DNA of 61,586 bases, filler included, from Dimargaris cristalligena (Eukaryota): assembly GCA_003614675.1 (NCBI GenBank). It is 2 parts of 2 records of this genome, joined end to end, with 100 filler letters (N's around TTAATTAATTAA, not from the genome) between each part and the next. Parts side by side here need not be neighbours in the genome. Positions count along the whole stretch, not along the records: positions 30,865 to 61,586 come from ML002451.1; 1 more part is not named here. One strand, written 5' to 3'. Of the stretch, positions 50,151-61,586 are shown one piece after another; the first letter of the stretch is position 1; each line of letters opens with the position of its first letter. The notes beneath the pieces were generated by a model that saw only the letters and a program-made list of their open reading frames with translations, was not told where the DNA came from and did no database searches. A program made the translations under genes and the position numbers.

Positions 50151-51485
50151 ATGGGTTCAAGCGAACCGTCCGACCACGCCGCGGCCGCCGACCAGGGGGA
50201 TTCGTCTTCTTCGACTCCCAAGGTGCCCAGTCACATGATGGGTGAATTCTACGGTTTCCTCAAGAACCTCGGTTCCTTCACCGGTGACTTGAGTGCCCTC
50301 ACCTGCCCATCCTTCTTATTGAGCGGCGATTCGGTCCTCGAGTACTGTACGCACTGGTGCGACCAACCGTCCCTCTTTTCGTCCATCAGCGACCCGGCCC
50401 TTGCCCCGGAAGCCCGCATGGTGGCCGTTTGCCGGTGGTTCATTTCCACCCTCTACGGCAGTTATTACGCCCGCGCCGCCGTGTCCAACGAAAAGAAGCC
50501 CTTTAATCCCATCCTGGGCGAACAACTCGTGGGTACTTGGGATGACCCCGAAACTAACACCCAAACCCGCTTGGTGTGCGAACAAGTCTCCCACCATCCC
50601 CCCGTGAGTGCCGTTTTTTTGGAAAATGCCGCCAAGGGCATTTTTCTCAATGCCCATACCGGCCAAAAATCTAAATTCACCGGCACGACCATCAAGGCCG
50701 TCCAAACCGGCTACGCCACCTTGCACCTGCGCCACACCGACGAAGTGTACACCATCACGTTCCCTGACCTCTATATCCGTTCGCTCATTACCGGTAAACC
50801 CTTCATGGAAATCGTCGGATCCACTTGGATTCGTTCCAACCGGGGTTACGTGGCGGTTTTCAAGTACATTGGCAAACCCTGGTTCGGCGGGGAATACCAT
50901 CGTTTCAAGGGAAGTATTTACCACGTACCCGCTAACCCCTCACCCCCATCTTCGTCCTCGTCTAAAAAGAACGCCGCGGCGAAATCCTCCCTGCAAAATC
51001 AGTCCGCCTCCGGTGATATCGTAGTCGACCCCATGGCCGTGGATAACGGCAAGGTCGCCAACGCCGAACGTCTGTATACCATCGAAGGTCGGTGGATGGC
51101 CCAGTCCACCCTCACGAACGTGAAAACCGGCGACACTTCCCCCTTATTCGACGCCACCTCCCACCGCCCCATCCCCATCAGTGTGGTCCCCATTACCGAA
51201 CAGGGTCCCCTCGAGTCCCGCCGGGTCTGGCAGCAGGTGGCCAAGGCCATCAATGAAGGGGATTTCGGAACCGCCTCTGCCCATAAATCCGAAATTGAAA
51301 ACCACCAGCGGCAACTCCGCAAGGAACGGAAAGACAAGGGGGAGGATTGGGTCCCCGAATACTTCCGCTTCGCTACCGACGAAAAATTGCCCCCCCAGTC
51401 GAGACTCTATTTGGACCCGACCACCCAGGCGGAAAACGGCCGTTGGATCTACAAGTCCGTCTGGGATGCTCTCACTATTTCGTAA
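50151..51485 (+). CDS. Oxysterol-binding protein, short Osh4/Kes1-type
   Basis: GDLSALTCPSFLLS, EKKPFNPILGE, the OSBP signature EQVSHHPP, ESRRVW and KSEIENHQRQLRK. First in-frame ATG at 50151. Confidence 0.93.
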   Translation: MGSSEPSDHAAAADQGDSSSSTPKVPSHMMGEFYGFLKNLGSFTGDLSALTCPSFLLSGDSVLEYCTHWCDQPSLFSSISDPALAPEARMVAVCRWFISTLYGSYYARAAVSNEKKPFNPILGEQLVGTWDDPETNTQTRLVCEQVSHHPPVSAVFLENAAKGIFLNAHTGQKSKFTGTTIKAVQTGYATLHLRHTDEVYTITFPDLYIRSLITGKPFMEIVGSTWIRSNRGYVAVFKYIGKPWFGGEYHRFKGSIYHVPANPSPPSSSSSKKNAAAKSSLQNQSASGDIVVDPMAVDNGKVANAERLYTIEGRWMAQSTLTNVKTGDTSPLFDATSHRPIPISVVPITEQGPLESRRVWQQVAKAINEGDFGTASAHKSEIENHQRQLRKERKDKGEDWVPEYFRFATDEKLPPQSRLYLDPTTQAENGRWIYKSVWDALTIS

Positions 51486-52292
51486 CTTAAATCTCCATCC
51501 CTACCCCACTCTACTCTACCCTGCGTTGTATCTATGAATGGTATGTATGTGGGATACAAATTGGTATACATCCCTCTACCATAGACTGTGTCACACACCC
51601 TTAGGCCTAGTTTCAATAAATTTTTGATGTTGTACAATGTATTGAAAAATAGGGGTACATCTCAGAGGATATTCACTGCAAATTTTTATATAAAAAAATA
51701 TATAGATATATAAGGCAAATAAATATATAAACCATTTATTTGTTCTGGCACTGCAGCTGCTGCTCGTATATGCCAAAGGTGGAATATATAAAAATGATCA
51801 ACGAAAACAAACTCAAACAATAAAACACCTTAACAGTTACAGGATTAACTGAAGAGTAATAAACATGCCTGGGATAATTAAACAGCCAGAGTCCCTTCAG
51901 GCTAATGCAAAATGAAGTGTAAATTAAAAGTAATTGCAATATGAGAGTGAGTTAGTGGGGGGGAGGGATAACGAAGCGATATAGAATGTAGAAACAGGTG
52001 CATAAGTACACAAACAAATATATATTGCCCCCGTCAAAGCAAAGCAGCCAAGGTTTTTTACACCAAAACGAGCCATGCCATTGGGGGGCCAAAATTACAA
52101 CCACTGAAGTAATCAAAGATAACAATATATATATATATATAGAAAAACAGTAGAATAAGAGAATTCAAACGTATTGTAAAAAAAAATATAGCAGAAGACC
52201 AAAAGCACCAAGTGGATTGTTCTGCTAATTGGATTGAATAGTAGGGAACGAGGAGGAGGGAGGGTTATGATATCAATGCGCCAACTGCCCGC

Positions 52293-55200
52293 CTACCGGT
52301 AAAACTTTCGGTTGATCAAAAACACGAGCAAGTTTACATTCACCCGCACCGCACCATCGAAAATAGAAATGACGGGCGTGTTATTGAACTGGTACTGCAG
52401 GAGGTCTTCCAGCCGGATTTCCATCTCACCCCCGGGCATCTTGATACCCAGCAGCGACACTTCAATCCCAAACACCCCGGCGACGTCCGACGAAATGACC
52501 AAGGTAATCTTATCGAATTGCCGGGGATTGTACCCGTCAATGGCCACAATCACTCCCTTCTGGTAGAGTTTTTCGGCGGTGTACTTGTACGAACCGAACT
52601 GGGGGACCTTGCCCGTCCGCTGGAGATCACGGAGGTGGAAGTACTGGCGCGTGAAAGGCAGAACCGTGCGCGCCTTGCGGTCTTTACTGTGGCTCAGCTG
52701 CTGAATGCAGCTGTGAATGTAGTCCAGATAGGTCTTCTTCTGGTCATCCAGGTACCCCGACTTCTCGGCCAGGTTGACCAGGGTCTGGCGGATCTTAAGC
52801 AACTCCTGGGTCCGCTGGACCCGCCGGCGGTGCTTGTTCCGAATATCAGTGGCGATGGAGTTAAGCATAGCCTGGTAGCCGTCGGCCTTCAGTACTTGGC
52901 CTTCACTCTCGAGCTTGGCCATATGAATCAGTGTCATTTTCTTGAGGGAGTTGAAGGTCAGAGCACTAAGGTCCAGCAGTCCCTTGAGCGAAGACGAGGC
53001 CCGCGACATACCGGAGTACATCGTCGAGTTGTCCATCGCAAACGAACCGCCTGAGGCTGCGTTGATTCCCCCCTTGACACCGTCGAACCCACTGGGACCG
53101 AAGCCTGAGATGCCGAACGACGGATGGGGACCACCCATTCCGCTGTGCTGGCCCGGCATTCCAGTAAAGTGCGAGGCCATGTTCCCCGAACGGTCGCCCG
53201 AAAAGCCGGATTGCTGCTGCTGCTTGCGAATCTCTTCCCGCTTGATAATGTCCCGGAAACGCCGCTCATCCCAATCGCTCACAGGCTTCTCCAGAATATC
53301 CAGTAGGCTACGCCCACTCTGTACCCGAATAATGTACAGGATGTACCGCTTAGTCTCCACAAATAGATGCTTGATGACCGACTCGTGGTCCTTGATATTG
53401 CTATCGGCAAACCGGTCGGTCAAGGCGAGGGAGATTTCATTGCCAGGGGTCGACTTGAACTCCGACCGGACGGCGGGGGCAGGACCAAGATCGTGCAGAA
53501 TGATTCGGAGGGGGTCTTCGGGCGAGGCGGCTAGGACCTCGATGTTATCCTCTAAGGCCTGGTGCATCGTGAACACCTCCTGGGGCGACATGTAGATCAC
53601 GGGCTTGTGGGTCTGGGTCAAATCGGAGAACTCGTCAATTTGGAAATAGGTATCGGGATCCATGACATTGGTGACGGCGTACGAATACTGGGCGAACCGT
53701 TCCGAAGTGTAGGCCACGTAGTTATTCAACGGTTGTAAGAACATGTTGTCGTCACTGAACAGTTTACCGACCGAGACCTGGTTAAGCATCTTCGCAATTT
53801 CGGCCAAATTTTTACGCTGCAGCGGGTTAATCACACTTTCGACCACATCGAATGAGTCGGGGGCCACGATAGCCGGGTTAATGTACCGGTAGTAAACGAG
53901 ATGACCCACCACTTTCATCACGGTATTCTCGCGCTCGTGGGGGAACTTTTCCATAAGTGCGTGTTGCAGTTCGCGGGCGATGTAACGGATACCGTAGGGC
54001 ATCTGGTCCAGGGACGACAGAATAGCCTCGATGAATTGGTCGGTAATGGTGCGGAGCTGTTGGAGGTGTTTAATCAGGGTGGTACGGGTTTCCATATCAT
54101 TGAGGGCCTCCTCCCGCGAAATGTCGTACGGACGCAGACTGCGCATACCCGTCCGGGACTCTTCCTCCCGGATCAGACCGCGGTAGATAACCAGAGGGTC
54201 GGATTCCAGATCTAAAGTGGGGTCCTCAATGACCTGCAGAACCAGGGGCTGCAGCAATTCACGCAAATACTTGCGCTCCTTCGCACCGCGGTTGTGATGG
54301 ACAGCAAGCTTGATGAATACTGGGTTGCCGCGTAGGAACTCGTGAATACCAGCAATGGAATCAATCTCTTGGTCAATGGCGGTCTTGAAGAGCTTAAGTA
54401 GGAGGTACTCTTCACGGGCGTTTTGGGCAAAACCAAACAGGGACAGGACCACGGTTTCCATGAATTTCTTATTCTTCTCGCCGAGGGGACTCTTATTGAG
54501 GGCGAATAAGAGCCGGGCTAGGTAGATGGACTGGGTTTGAAGCAAATAAAAGAGGTGCTGGTAACTCTCCAACCGGCGCCGGGAATCCTTATCGAGGTGG
54601 TAGAGCGAATTCCAGGTTCCGGTCGCTGAGCCGTTGATAAAAGGGGACAGAGAGCTATGATTACCCAGTCCACTGCTGCTGAAGGAAGAACCAAGCCCAC
54701 CCCCCGTCACGGACAAGTAACGGTGGTCATCCAGAAACTTGTAGCGGGAGGTCTTGATGAGCTCCTCAAGGGTAATGCGATTCTTGACCAGCAGTGCAAT
54801 CTTGATATCCAGGTCATTAAGCACATTCTCGGTCTGGTGGTTGTCCCGGATACGCCGAACGGCTTGCTGACGTAGCCGCTCCAGTTCAAGCTCCTCTTCG
54901 AAATCCTGGTCACTGTCGTCCAAAAGGTAGACGAAACTCCGCATAGTAGCAACGGGCGGGTTCTTCTCCAGAGTCAGGGTACGGTAGGCCTTACCGGCCC
55001 GCTTGGCCCGAAACATGCTTTGGATCTGAATGATAGTGGGGATGTGCTTTTCGAAATGTTCCATGCGCCGCTGCTGGTTAAGGTGGGAGAGGTACTTGCG
55101 GGTGCAGGACTGGATCTTCACCGCAGCGTCGTTCCGGCGGCGATGCATTTTGACTCGGGAGTGGAACCTCCGCCGGGCTAGCCAGCCCCGTACGAGGGCT

Positions 55201-57546
55201 TGGGCCTTGGTGACCTGCTCCACGGTTTGGATGGATTCGACGAGCATGGAAGAGAACAGGCGCCGGGCCAGCACACCGCGAGCGAGGGCTTGCAGTTGGG
55301 TAATACGGCGAACGTAATCTCGGTGTTCCGCCCGCAGACGACTGTAAATCTTCCTAGCTAGAAAACCCCGGGCAATGGCCTGACAGCGGATAATATCCTG
55401 CTCGTCCTTCTCCCGTTCCTGAGCCAGAATAACGACACCACGACGGGCCAGGTGCCCCCGGACCAGTGCCTGGGCCACCACAAGTCCTTCTAAAAAGCGA
55501 TGGAACCGGCGGCGCATCTCACCATACCGGCGACGTTCCAGCATACCACGCACACGGGCCTGGATCTGAATGATGGTGCAGTCGAGTCGGTGATGGTCCC
55601 GCCGAACACGGAACTCGCGGCGGGCCAGCATCCCGCGTACATGGGTTTGGATTAGGATAACTTTACGTTCCAAGTCGCGTTGGTCTTGGAGGACCCGATA
55701 TTCCCGGCGGGCTATGTTACCGCGGACGACAGCCTGGGCCCGAGTAATACCCCGGATGAACTGGTCGTGCTGGCGAATTCGGTCGCACTGACGACGGGCT
55801 AAAAAACCGCGAACGACGGCTTGGGCCTTGGTAACCTTGTCCGTATAGGCCTGGCGTTCTTGGTTACGCATGAGCTTGCATTTTCTGTCCAACAGAAGGT
55901 ACTCCGCCAGGCGGCGAGCCAAAAAGCCGCGCACGAGGGCCTGGGCCCTAATGACCTGGGGGAGATGGTCGGTGTAATGTTTTTGCAGCCGGGCGTCTTG
56001 GAGCTGCCGGCGGGCGATGTAGCCGCGGACCAGAGCCTGGATTTGGGTGACGCGGTTGACCAGCCGGGTATAGCTCTGGGCCTGCCGGCGGGCCGCGGCC
56101 TCTTGCTTAGCTAACTGGCGCCGGGCGTGGGCCTGGAACTGGATCACGATATCGATTTGTTTTTCCCATTGTAACTTGGCTTGGCCTTCTTCGGTAAGGG
56201 GCTGGTTGGCATCCGTGTGGCCGGTCATGGCAGTCGATAGGTTCTTAAATGCGGGCATGGAGTATCCAACGTTGGCGAGTTCCTGTTGTGTGATTGCCAG
56301 TTGCTCATCAGTAAACTGTAGATAACCAAAGAGGTTCTTGATGTGAGGGGCCAGATTTTGGCGGGCTAGGAAATGACTAGGGGTGGAGACAGGACATGGT
56401 ATGATGGTAAAGTATAAGGTCTAGTTAGTGGGTTGGGGATAGACATTGGGTGGGGTATACCTCTACAATGGACAACCTGCAGATGAGAGAAGTCAGGTGG
56501 AGTATCTACTACACCAGACAATCAGGCTATCTCCTCTCCATATTTAATACTCCACAAGCCAATTCCAATATCCCATGGTATGGGATTGATTCCGAAGTAT
56601 AATAATAATAATATAAGTGTCGATCCCATGGAGATCGGGTGTTATAGCCCCTATTAGAAAGACCATGAAGCTATGCAAACAGTGCTTCGGGGTAAAAAAA
56701 TAATTGGCGCCCTCTGTTGATTATCATAAAGCAGGATGTACTGATTCATCAATTTCCAGAATAGGGTTGGCAGATGGAGGCGTAGGAAGTCTAGGTTGGG
56801 GTAGACCCCCCATACATAGATAGATGGATAGGTACCAGCGAAAAAGGCTCGCCCTGAATGAAAAATAAATAAATATAGTAATGGCGGAAAGGGGAAATAT
56901 ATATAATTTACGCGGGTGGGGGGGGTATACAAAATCAGCAAGACTAAGAAAATTAAAAAAGGATGTGGTATGGTGACGAATAATCATAATAATAATAATA
57001 ATAATAATAAGATGACGGTGCTTACCTTAGGGCGTGTATGCAGTAAATAACCTTGGGGATATTCTTGCGTTCGTAAAGATCAACGACCTCAAAATGAAAG
57101 AGCTTCGGCAGCCCCACGTTGCGGATAGCGTTGATGGCGCATACAATGTTGTCGGAGTGACGAAACTGGATTTTGGGGGCGGAGAAAATGCGGGGGACCG
57201 AGTCGGGGTCAAAAGTCCGGGCTAGTTTGGCAAGGATAACGCCATCCCGTAGGCCTTCTTCGAGGACCTCGGCAGCGGGAATCTCCTCTTGAATGCAGGC
57301 CTCGATCCATTCCTTGGCTTCCCCAATGTGGCAAAGGTACTCGTAGGCCTGTAGCTTCCGGCGCTCTAGGTCACACCAGTTGCCGTTGCGCAGGTAGCGG
57401 GGACTGCCCTCTTGGCTTGTATGCCGCTGGAGGCGAAAGCGGCCCCGGAGACCGGTCACGTCGGGGGAATCAGGGGGCTGTAGGAGGTCGGTCGACTGGC
57501 CCGACGAGCCGGTCATTAGGGATAGTGTGTCAATGGCCTGTAACAT
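52293..57546 (-). CDS. IQG1: IQGAP (Iqg1/Rng2-like): CH domain, about 13 IQ motifs, GAP-related domain, RasGAP_C (exons 57546-57026, 56376-52293)
   Basis: AYEYLCHIGEAKEWIE..LRDGVILAKLA..DLYERKNIPKVIYCIHALS (CH domain), repeated QAxxRGxLARR, YYRYINPAIVAPD (GRD) and terminal NVNLLVFLINRKFY. Phase-2 GTAAGC..CTAG intron. Confidence 0.95.
56986..57010. repeat. (AAT)n microsatellite in the IQGAP intron
   Basis: About eight AAT units, read directly. Confidence 0.8.
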
Positions 57547-57555
57547 GGTAGAAGG

Positions 57556-57577
57556 GTGTGTGTGTGTGTGTGTGTGT
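57556..57577. repeat. (GT)n/(AC)n microsatellite just upstream of the IQGAP start codon
   Basis: About 11 GT units ending about 10 nt from the ATG at 57546. Confidence 0.8.
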
Positions 57578-59828
57578 TTACAGGGGCAGCCCAGCGGTAG
57601 GAGGGAGTTTTAAGTGGGCTGACCCGAGAAGAATGGCGGGCGGGGCGCTGGCGTGATAGAGGATGCCCCGAATAAGAATAAGAAGAATCTATATAAAAGA
57701 AGGAGGAGGCGGCTCAGACCAACAAGGTCAGGTTAGGCATACAAGTAAATAATGATAAAGAAATGTGTCTGTATGCGTCACCAGTAGATAAATAAAGTAG
57801 GCGTTGGAAGGTCAAACGCGGAGTTCAAAAAGCGGCAGGTCAGGAAGATCGGGCGAATGGAAAGAGGAATAGAGTAATAGGAGTGTCGCTAGGCCAGGGC
57901 CGGGTGATGGAGGCGTATTTCTCTCGATTTCTTTCTCGTTCACTCCTACTATGTATTCCCTGTTCTCTCCTACTATTTCGTTCTCGTTCTCTCCTACTAT
58001 GACTATTACTCGCTTAAGAAACCTGTCCTCGGCAGTTAAATCGAATTAAAGGTAAAATAGATATTCGGCCCAGCTAGGCAGGGTAGGCTGGAAAAGGGGC
58101 GTGGGGACTGATAGCCAGAGCGGGGCAGGAGGTGGGCGAAAGACCCACCTGGACAATCAAGCAGCAGGGGGCGCGTATATGCACTGGCGCAACTATACTT
58201 TTTACACCGGCGGATAACTCCGTTGGAAGCGTGGGCCAAGGGCAACTCTACCCAACAGGTGCGTGTGTGTGGTTGGGCTGGTGTTTAAGTGAAAGCAGAG
58301 CGGGCTGGTCAGCAGCACCTAGGCGTACGTAGTGAGTATCCCCGTCGGAGTTTTGAGTGGGGTACAGGTTATAGAGTAGTCGAAGGGACGAGGGTCGCTG
58401 GGAATCGCGAAATGAGGTAGGCAGACAATCACAGTAAGTGGTATAACCGGGGGTTGGGTAGAGAGAAAAGGAACCGGTGAACGCCTAAAAACAACACGCG
58501 TAATAAGGCAGCTTTCTGAGTTAAAGGCAACTGACGGCATAAAAAAGCGGAGTGGTTTGGGGGATTCTTCGCATTAGAACTTAAGCGTGAAACATAGGAA
58601 ACGGGCACATCCCGTTGAGACCAAACGTAAACAAAAGGCCGTCCTGGGATAGGTTCCTTTGCCTGGTTGTTGTGTTTTTTTTAGCACCTACCTAGGAGTC
58701 TCTCTCGCCTGCGAAGGTTTCAAAAGGAGTGTCTGCTGGCTTATGCTTACGGTTGCTCCACCTGGACTTGCCCCGTACGTCCTTTTGGGAAGGACAAGGG
58801 GCAATCAGTAGCTCTCCATCCCCCCATTCTTTTCGTTTGTTTACCTTTTTGGTGGGATGATTGGCGGACAGGCCTGGAAAAGCGGTCTCTCCCAGGACTG
58901 TGAACCTCCTCCTCTTCTACCCAACCACTCGTAAACCTAACAGAGTGGGCTTGCCAATAATCTACGAATAAGGCCAGTCCTATAGGTCTGGTGGCTATTA
59001 GGATTAGTAGTGGTCGCCAGCCTGGTTCAACGAAACCTACGGCTCTCAGACCTACACACCTGGCCTAGTAAACCGGCAACAGGCAATGTGGTTCGTCCGT
59101 AAGTCTTGCTGCCCACGTTCCCTCTTCGAAGAAGATGCCATCAAACAAGGCTTTCTATCGAACCCCTCTGCCATGCTTAATTGAGACCTCCGCCCCTGAG
59201 CGGCCTGGCTGATGTCATCTTCTCCTCAACGTGCTGCGGCGCAACCAACAAGCCCGTTCATGTGGGAATGTCAGCGACTCCATGGCCAATAATAGCCCTG
59301 GCGGAGTACATGTCTATTCAGTTCCAGGGGAGATTAAATGTGACCTACGCTAGTTGACCCAATTGCTAAAAGCTCTGGCTGCTTATTACAGGCCACTGAG
59401 GGAACTTAGCCCTCCCCCGCGTTGTGCTTTTAAAAATAGGAGATAGCAAACCTTCCAGTACCATCTATCTGCGCTCCTCAGATCGCACACTGCATCAGTA
59501 GTGTTTAGTCTTAATCAAGGATGATGGACTGAATTGACCTGGGTGGGATTGTATAGCCCGTAATGGTGATTGGAGCTGTGGGCCATTCAAAAATAGTGCC
59601 AAGGAGGCTGTTTAATTCGCTTACCAGGCGGACTAGTTTGGGCCACACCAGTCAGGATTAGTGCCAGTGCCAATAAACCGCCGGTTAAATCACCAACCTA
59701 CTCCGCGTTTTGCAAGGGCAGACATGACCCACAATCATCCTCTTGTATTTGATGGCGGAAGGTGTGGTATACCCCACCTATCGAAAATATCCAACGGGAT
59801 CTGCGGAGCTGACTAAACCCCCATGGTC

Positions 59829-59889
59829 ACCAGTATGGCCTCATCCAATGGATTTTTCATTATACAGCCTGAATGAACTTCTCCCATAT
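59829..59889 (-). mobile_element. TIR element copy 6 (left 60 bp only)
   Basis: CCTCATCCAATGGATTTTTCATTATACAGCCTGAATGAACTTCTCCCATAT is nearly identical to the end of copy 4. Similarity stops after about 60 nt. Confidence 0.8.
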
Positions 59890-60170
59890 GATCGATTAAT
59901 TAAAGCATTTTTTAAGTCAAGGGAATGCCTCACTAATCCCACATTAGGGCTGGCATGATATGTATGGACTTTTAGCCATCAATCATGAATCCCACTGGGA
60001 ACATCCCATCCCCAATAATACCCCCGCCCTAACCATAGGCCACTATTACCAAACCCCAACACGCGAAATGACCTGAAAGTTTTTATTATCTATATTTTCT
60101 TAAATACAACCATCTAATGGGCGGCCTTCCGCGAATTCAACCAGGGTCTCTCGAAACGACAAGCCACCCA

Positions 60171-61549
60171 TCATCGCGTCCGCTCGGGGATCCACCGCTC
60201 CACCTGCAGTTCGGTCATGCGATATTGATTCAACACGGAGGCCATATCGTCCATCGACATCGGGGACGAGTCCCGCAATGGCGGGATTGTAACGTAGCAT
60301 ATAATCACCTTCTTCTGGGCCTGCGAGCTAAGCCGGTTAGCCGTAATAATTTGCTCCCAGCTAAGTTGGCTGGATGAGGTTGAATGTGGCGAAGGATTGG
60401 CCGTGGACGAGGATGCTGGTAACGATGCTGGTGTTAATGTTGCTGTTGCTGTTGGTGCTAGAGCTGGTGCGGATGATAATGCGGTTGGTGAGGGGCTGGC
60501 GGATCGGACGGGAACGACCAGCACTGTGAACAGGGAATGTTGGTACGCCGGCCCCTGTTTGTAGAGTACATAGTCACAGGCGAATTTTAAGCCGGACCGA
60601 ATCACCCACCCCCGACTCCGATAATAATGATAGGCCGCATAGCGAACCAAAAAGGGATTGTCCGGATCTAGGGGATCGCCCTGATTCGCCCGCAGCAGGG
60701 TCCCCCAGAGAGCCGGGGTGGATACGAGGCTCCGGTCCAGCCGGTAGACCTGCAGGACCGCCAGGGCCCACTGGAGAAACAGTGTCTCCTCGCTCGTCAA
60801 ATGAACCACCTCCATAGCCCGGTGCAGTAGCTCCGGTCGGATCACGGGGGGCAAGTGCAAAGGGGGAGGCGGTCCGGAGCCCGACCCAGACCCGGACCCG
60901 GTCGGTCCGCTCGAGTAGTTGGAATCGCTATCGGTCGGGGAGGTATTGGCATCCCCACCTAGACGCATCCGCTTGCGGAGTTTCCGGGACCGGCGGCGTA
61001 GAAAGGTAATATCCTCGGGTGCTAGGTTTTTGACGGACAACCCGGGCGATAACTCTGCAGTAGCAATGCAAGATAGGGAATAGGTATTAGAGTGGTCGTA
61101 AGTTACTAAGTGGTCTCGTCCAGTTCGACATGTCAAGCATGGCCTTTATAAATGGGGCCCGGGGGAGGAGGGCATTCCACCTAATAAATAAATAAAAACA
61201 CCCCAAATAAAACGTCCCACCCGGTAACCTTGAGAAATTATACCGTACCTGCAGCGGACTTGGCTTCGGCCTCGATAAATGCGTACAACCGGGCCCGATT
61301 CAGTTCCCGACACCACCAGGTGGCTTCACTCCGGGACAGACTGCCTTTGCCGAAACACCCATTCGACCAGAGATAGGACGCGGCAAGGGGGTCGAAATCG
61401 GGGGCGATGGTCACGCTGACCGGTCCCCCGGCGGCATGCAACTGGGCCCGGAATTTAAGTGGAGTTGGAGTGGCGCGGATGAGAGTTAGTAGCCCCTGGG
61501 ATGGTAGTGGCCCCTTTTGGTTCTTTTTATGGCCCGTGGATCGTGACAT
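60171..61549 (-). CDS. SEN2: tRNA-splicing endonuclease subunit Sen2 (exons 61549-61249, 61054-60171)
   Basis: The N-terminal motif GCFGKGSLSRSEATW is Sen2-specific. Also LTSEETLFL, the catalytic region YHYYRSRGWVIRSGLKFACDYVLYKQGPAYQHS and terminal RWIPERTR. Phase-1 GTACGG..GCAG intron. Confidence 0.92.
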
Positions 61550-61586
61550 ACTCGGTTTAAGGATGAGGAGGAAATCTAAGGAATAG

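Noticed and set aside
10551..59889. Repeat family as a CRISPR array, tRNA or tRNA-derived SINE
   Set aside because: Copies are dispersed kilobases apart with no spacer periodicity. I see no cloverleaf, no A/B boxes and no A-rich tail, and the ends are inverted repeats.

Overview
Eukaryotic, intron-containing fungal DNA. The gene style (GT-AG introns with CTAAC-type branch sites, C-ending codon bias, long low-complexity insertions in conserved proteins) suggests an early-diverging fungus. It is possibly Zoopagomycota such as the mycoparasite Dimargaris, but that is an inference and was not tested. Conserved genes are FIS1, LSM3, a Cto1-like HAD hydrolase, dynein light intermediate chain, an ElaA-like GNAT (split by one extra C), TAF7, VAC14, an UNC-93-like MFS transporter, an Osh4/Kes1-type oxysterol-binding protein, IQGAP and SEN2. 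Splice sites were reconstructed by hand and are phase-consistent. An artificial 100-nt gap linker lies at 30765-30864. The most interesting content is: (1) a signal-peptide + F-box-like + ankyrin-like protein, a candidate host-SCF-hijacking effector; (2) a dispersed terminal-inverted-repeat element with six copies, the four complete ones all exactly 144 bp despite up to about 24% substitution; (3) a solo LTR nested in a sister solo LTR, with CpG decay plus a RIP-like CpA-to-TpA pattern; (4) a gene-sparse accessory block at about 32-48 kb with a pair of paralogous secreted proteins and a pair of LURP/tubby-like paralogs. No rRNA, tRNA or CRISPR features were seen.
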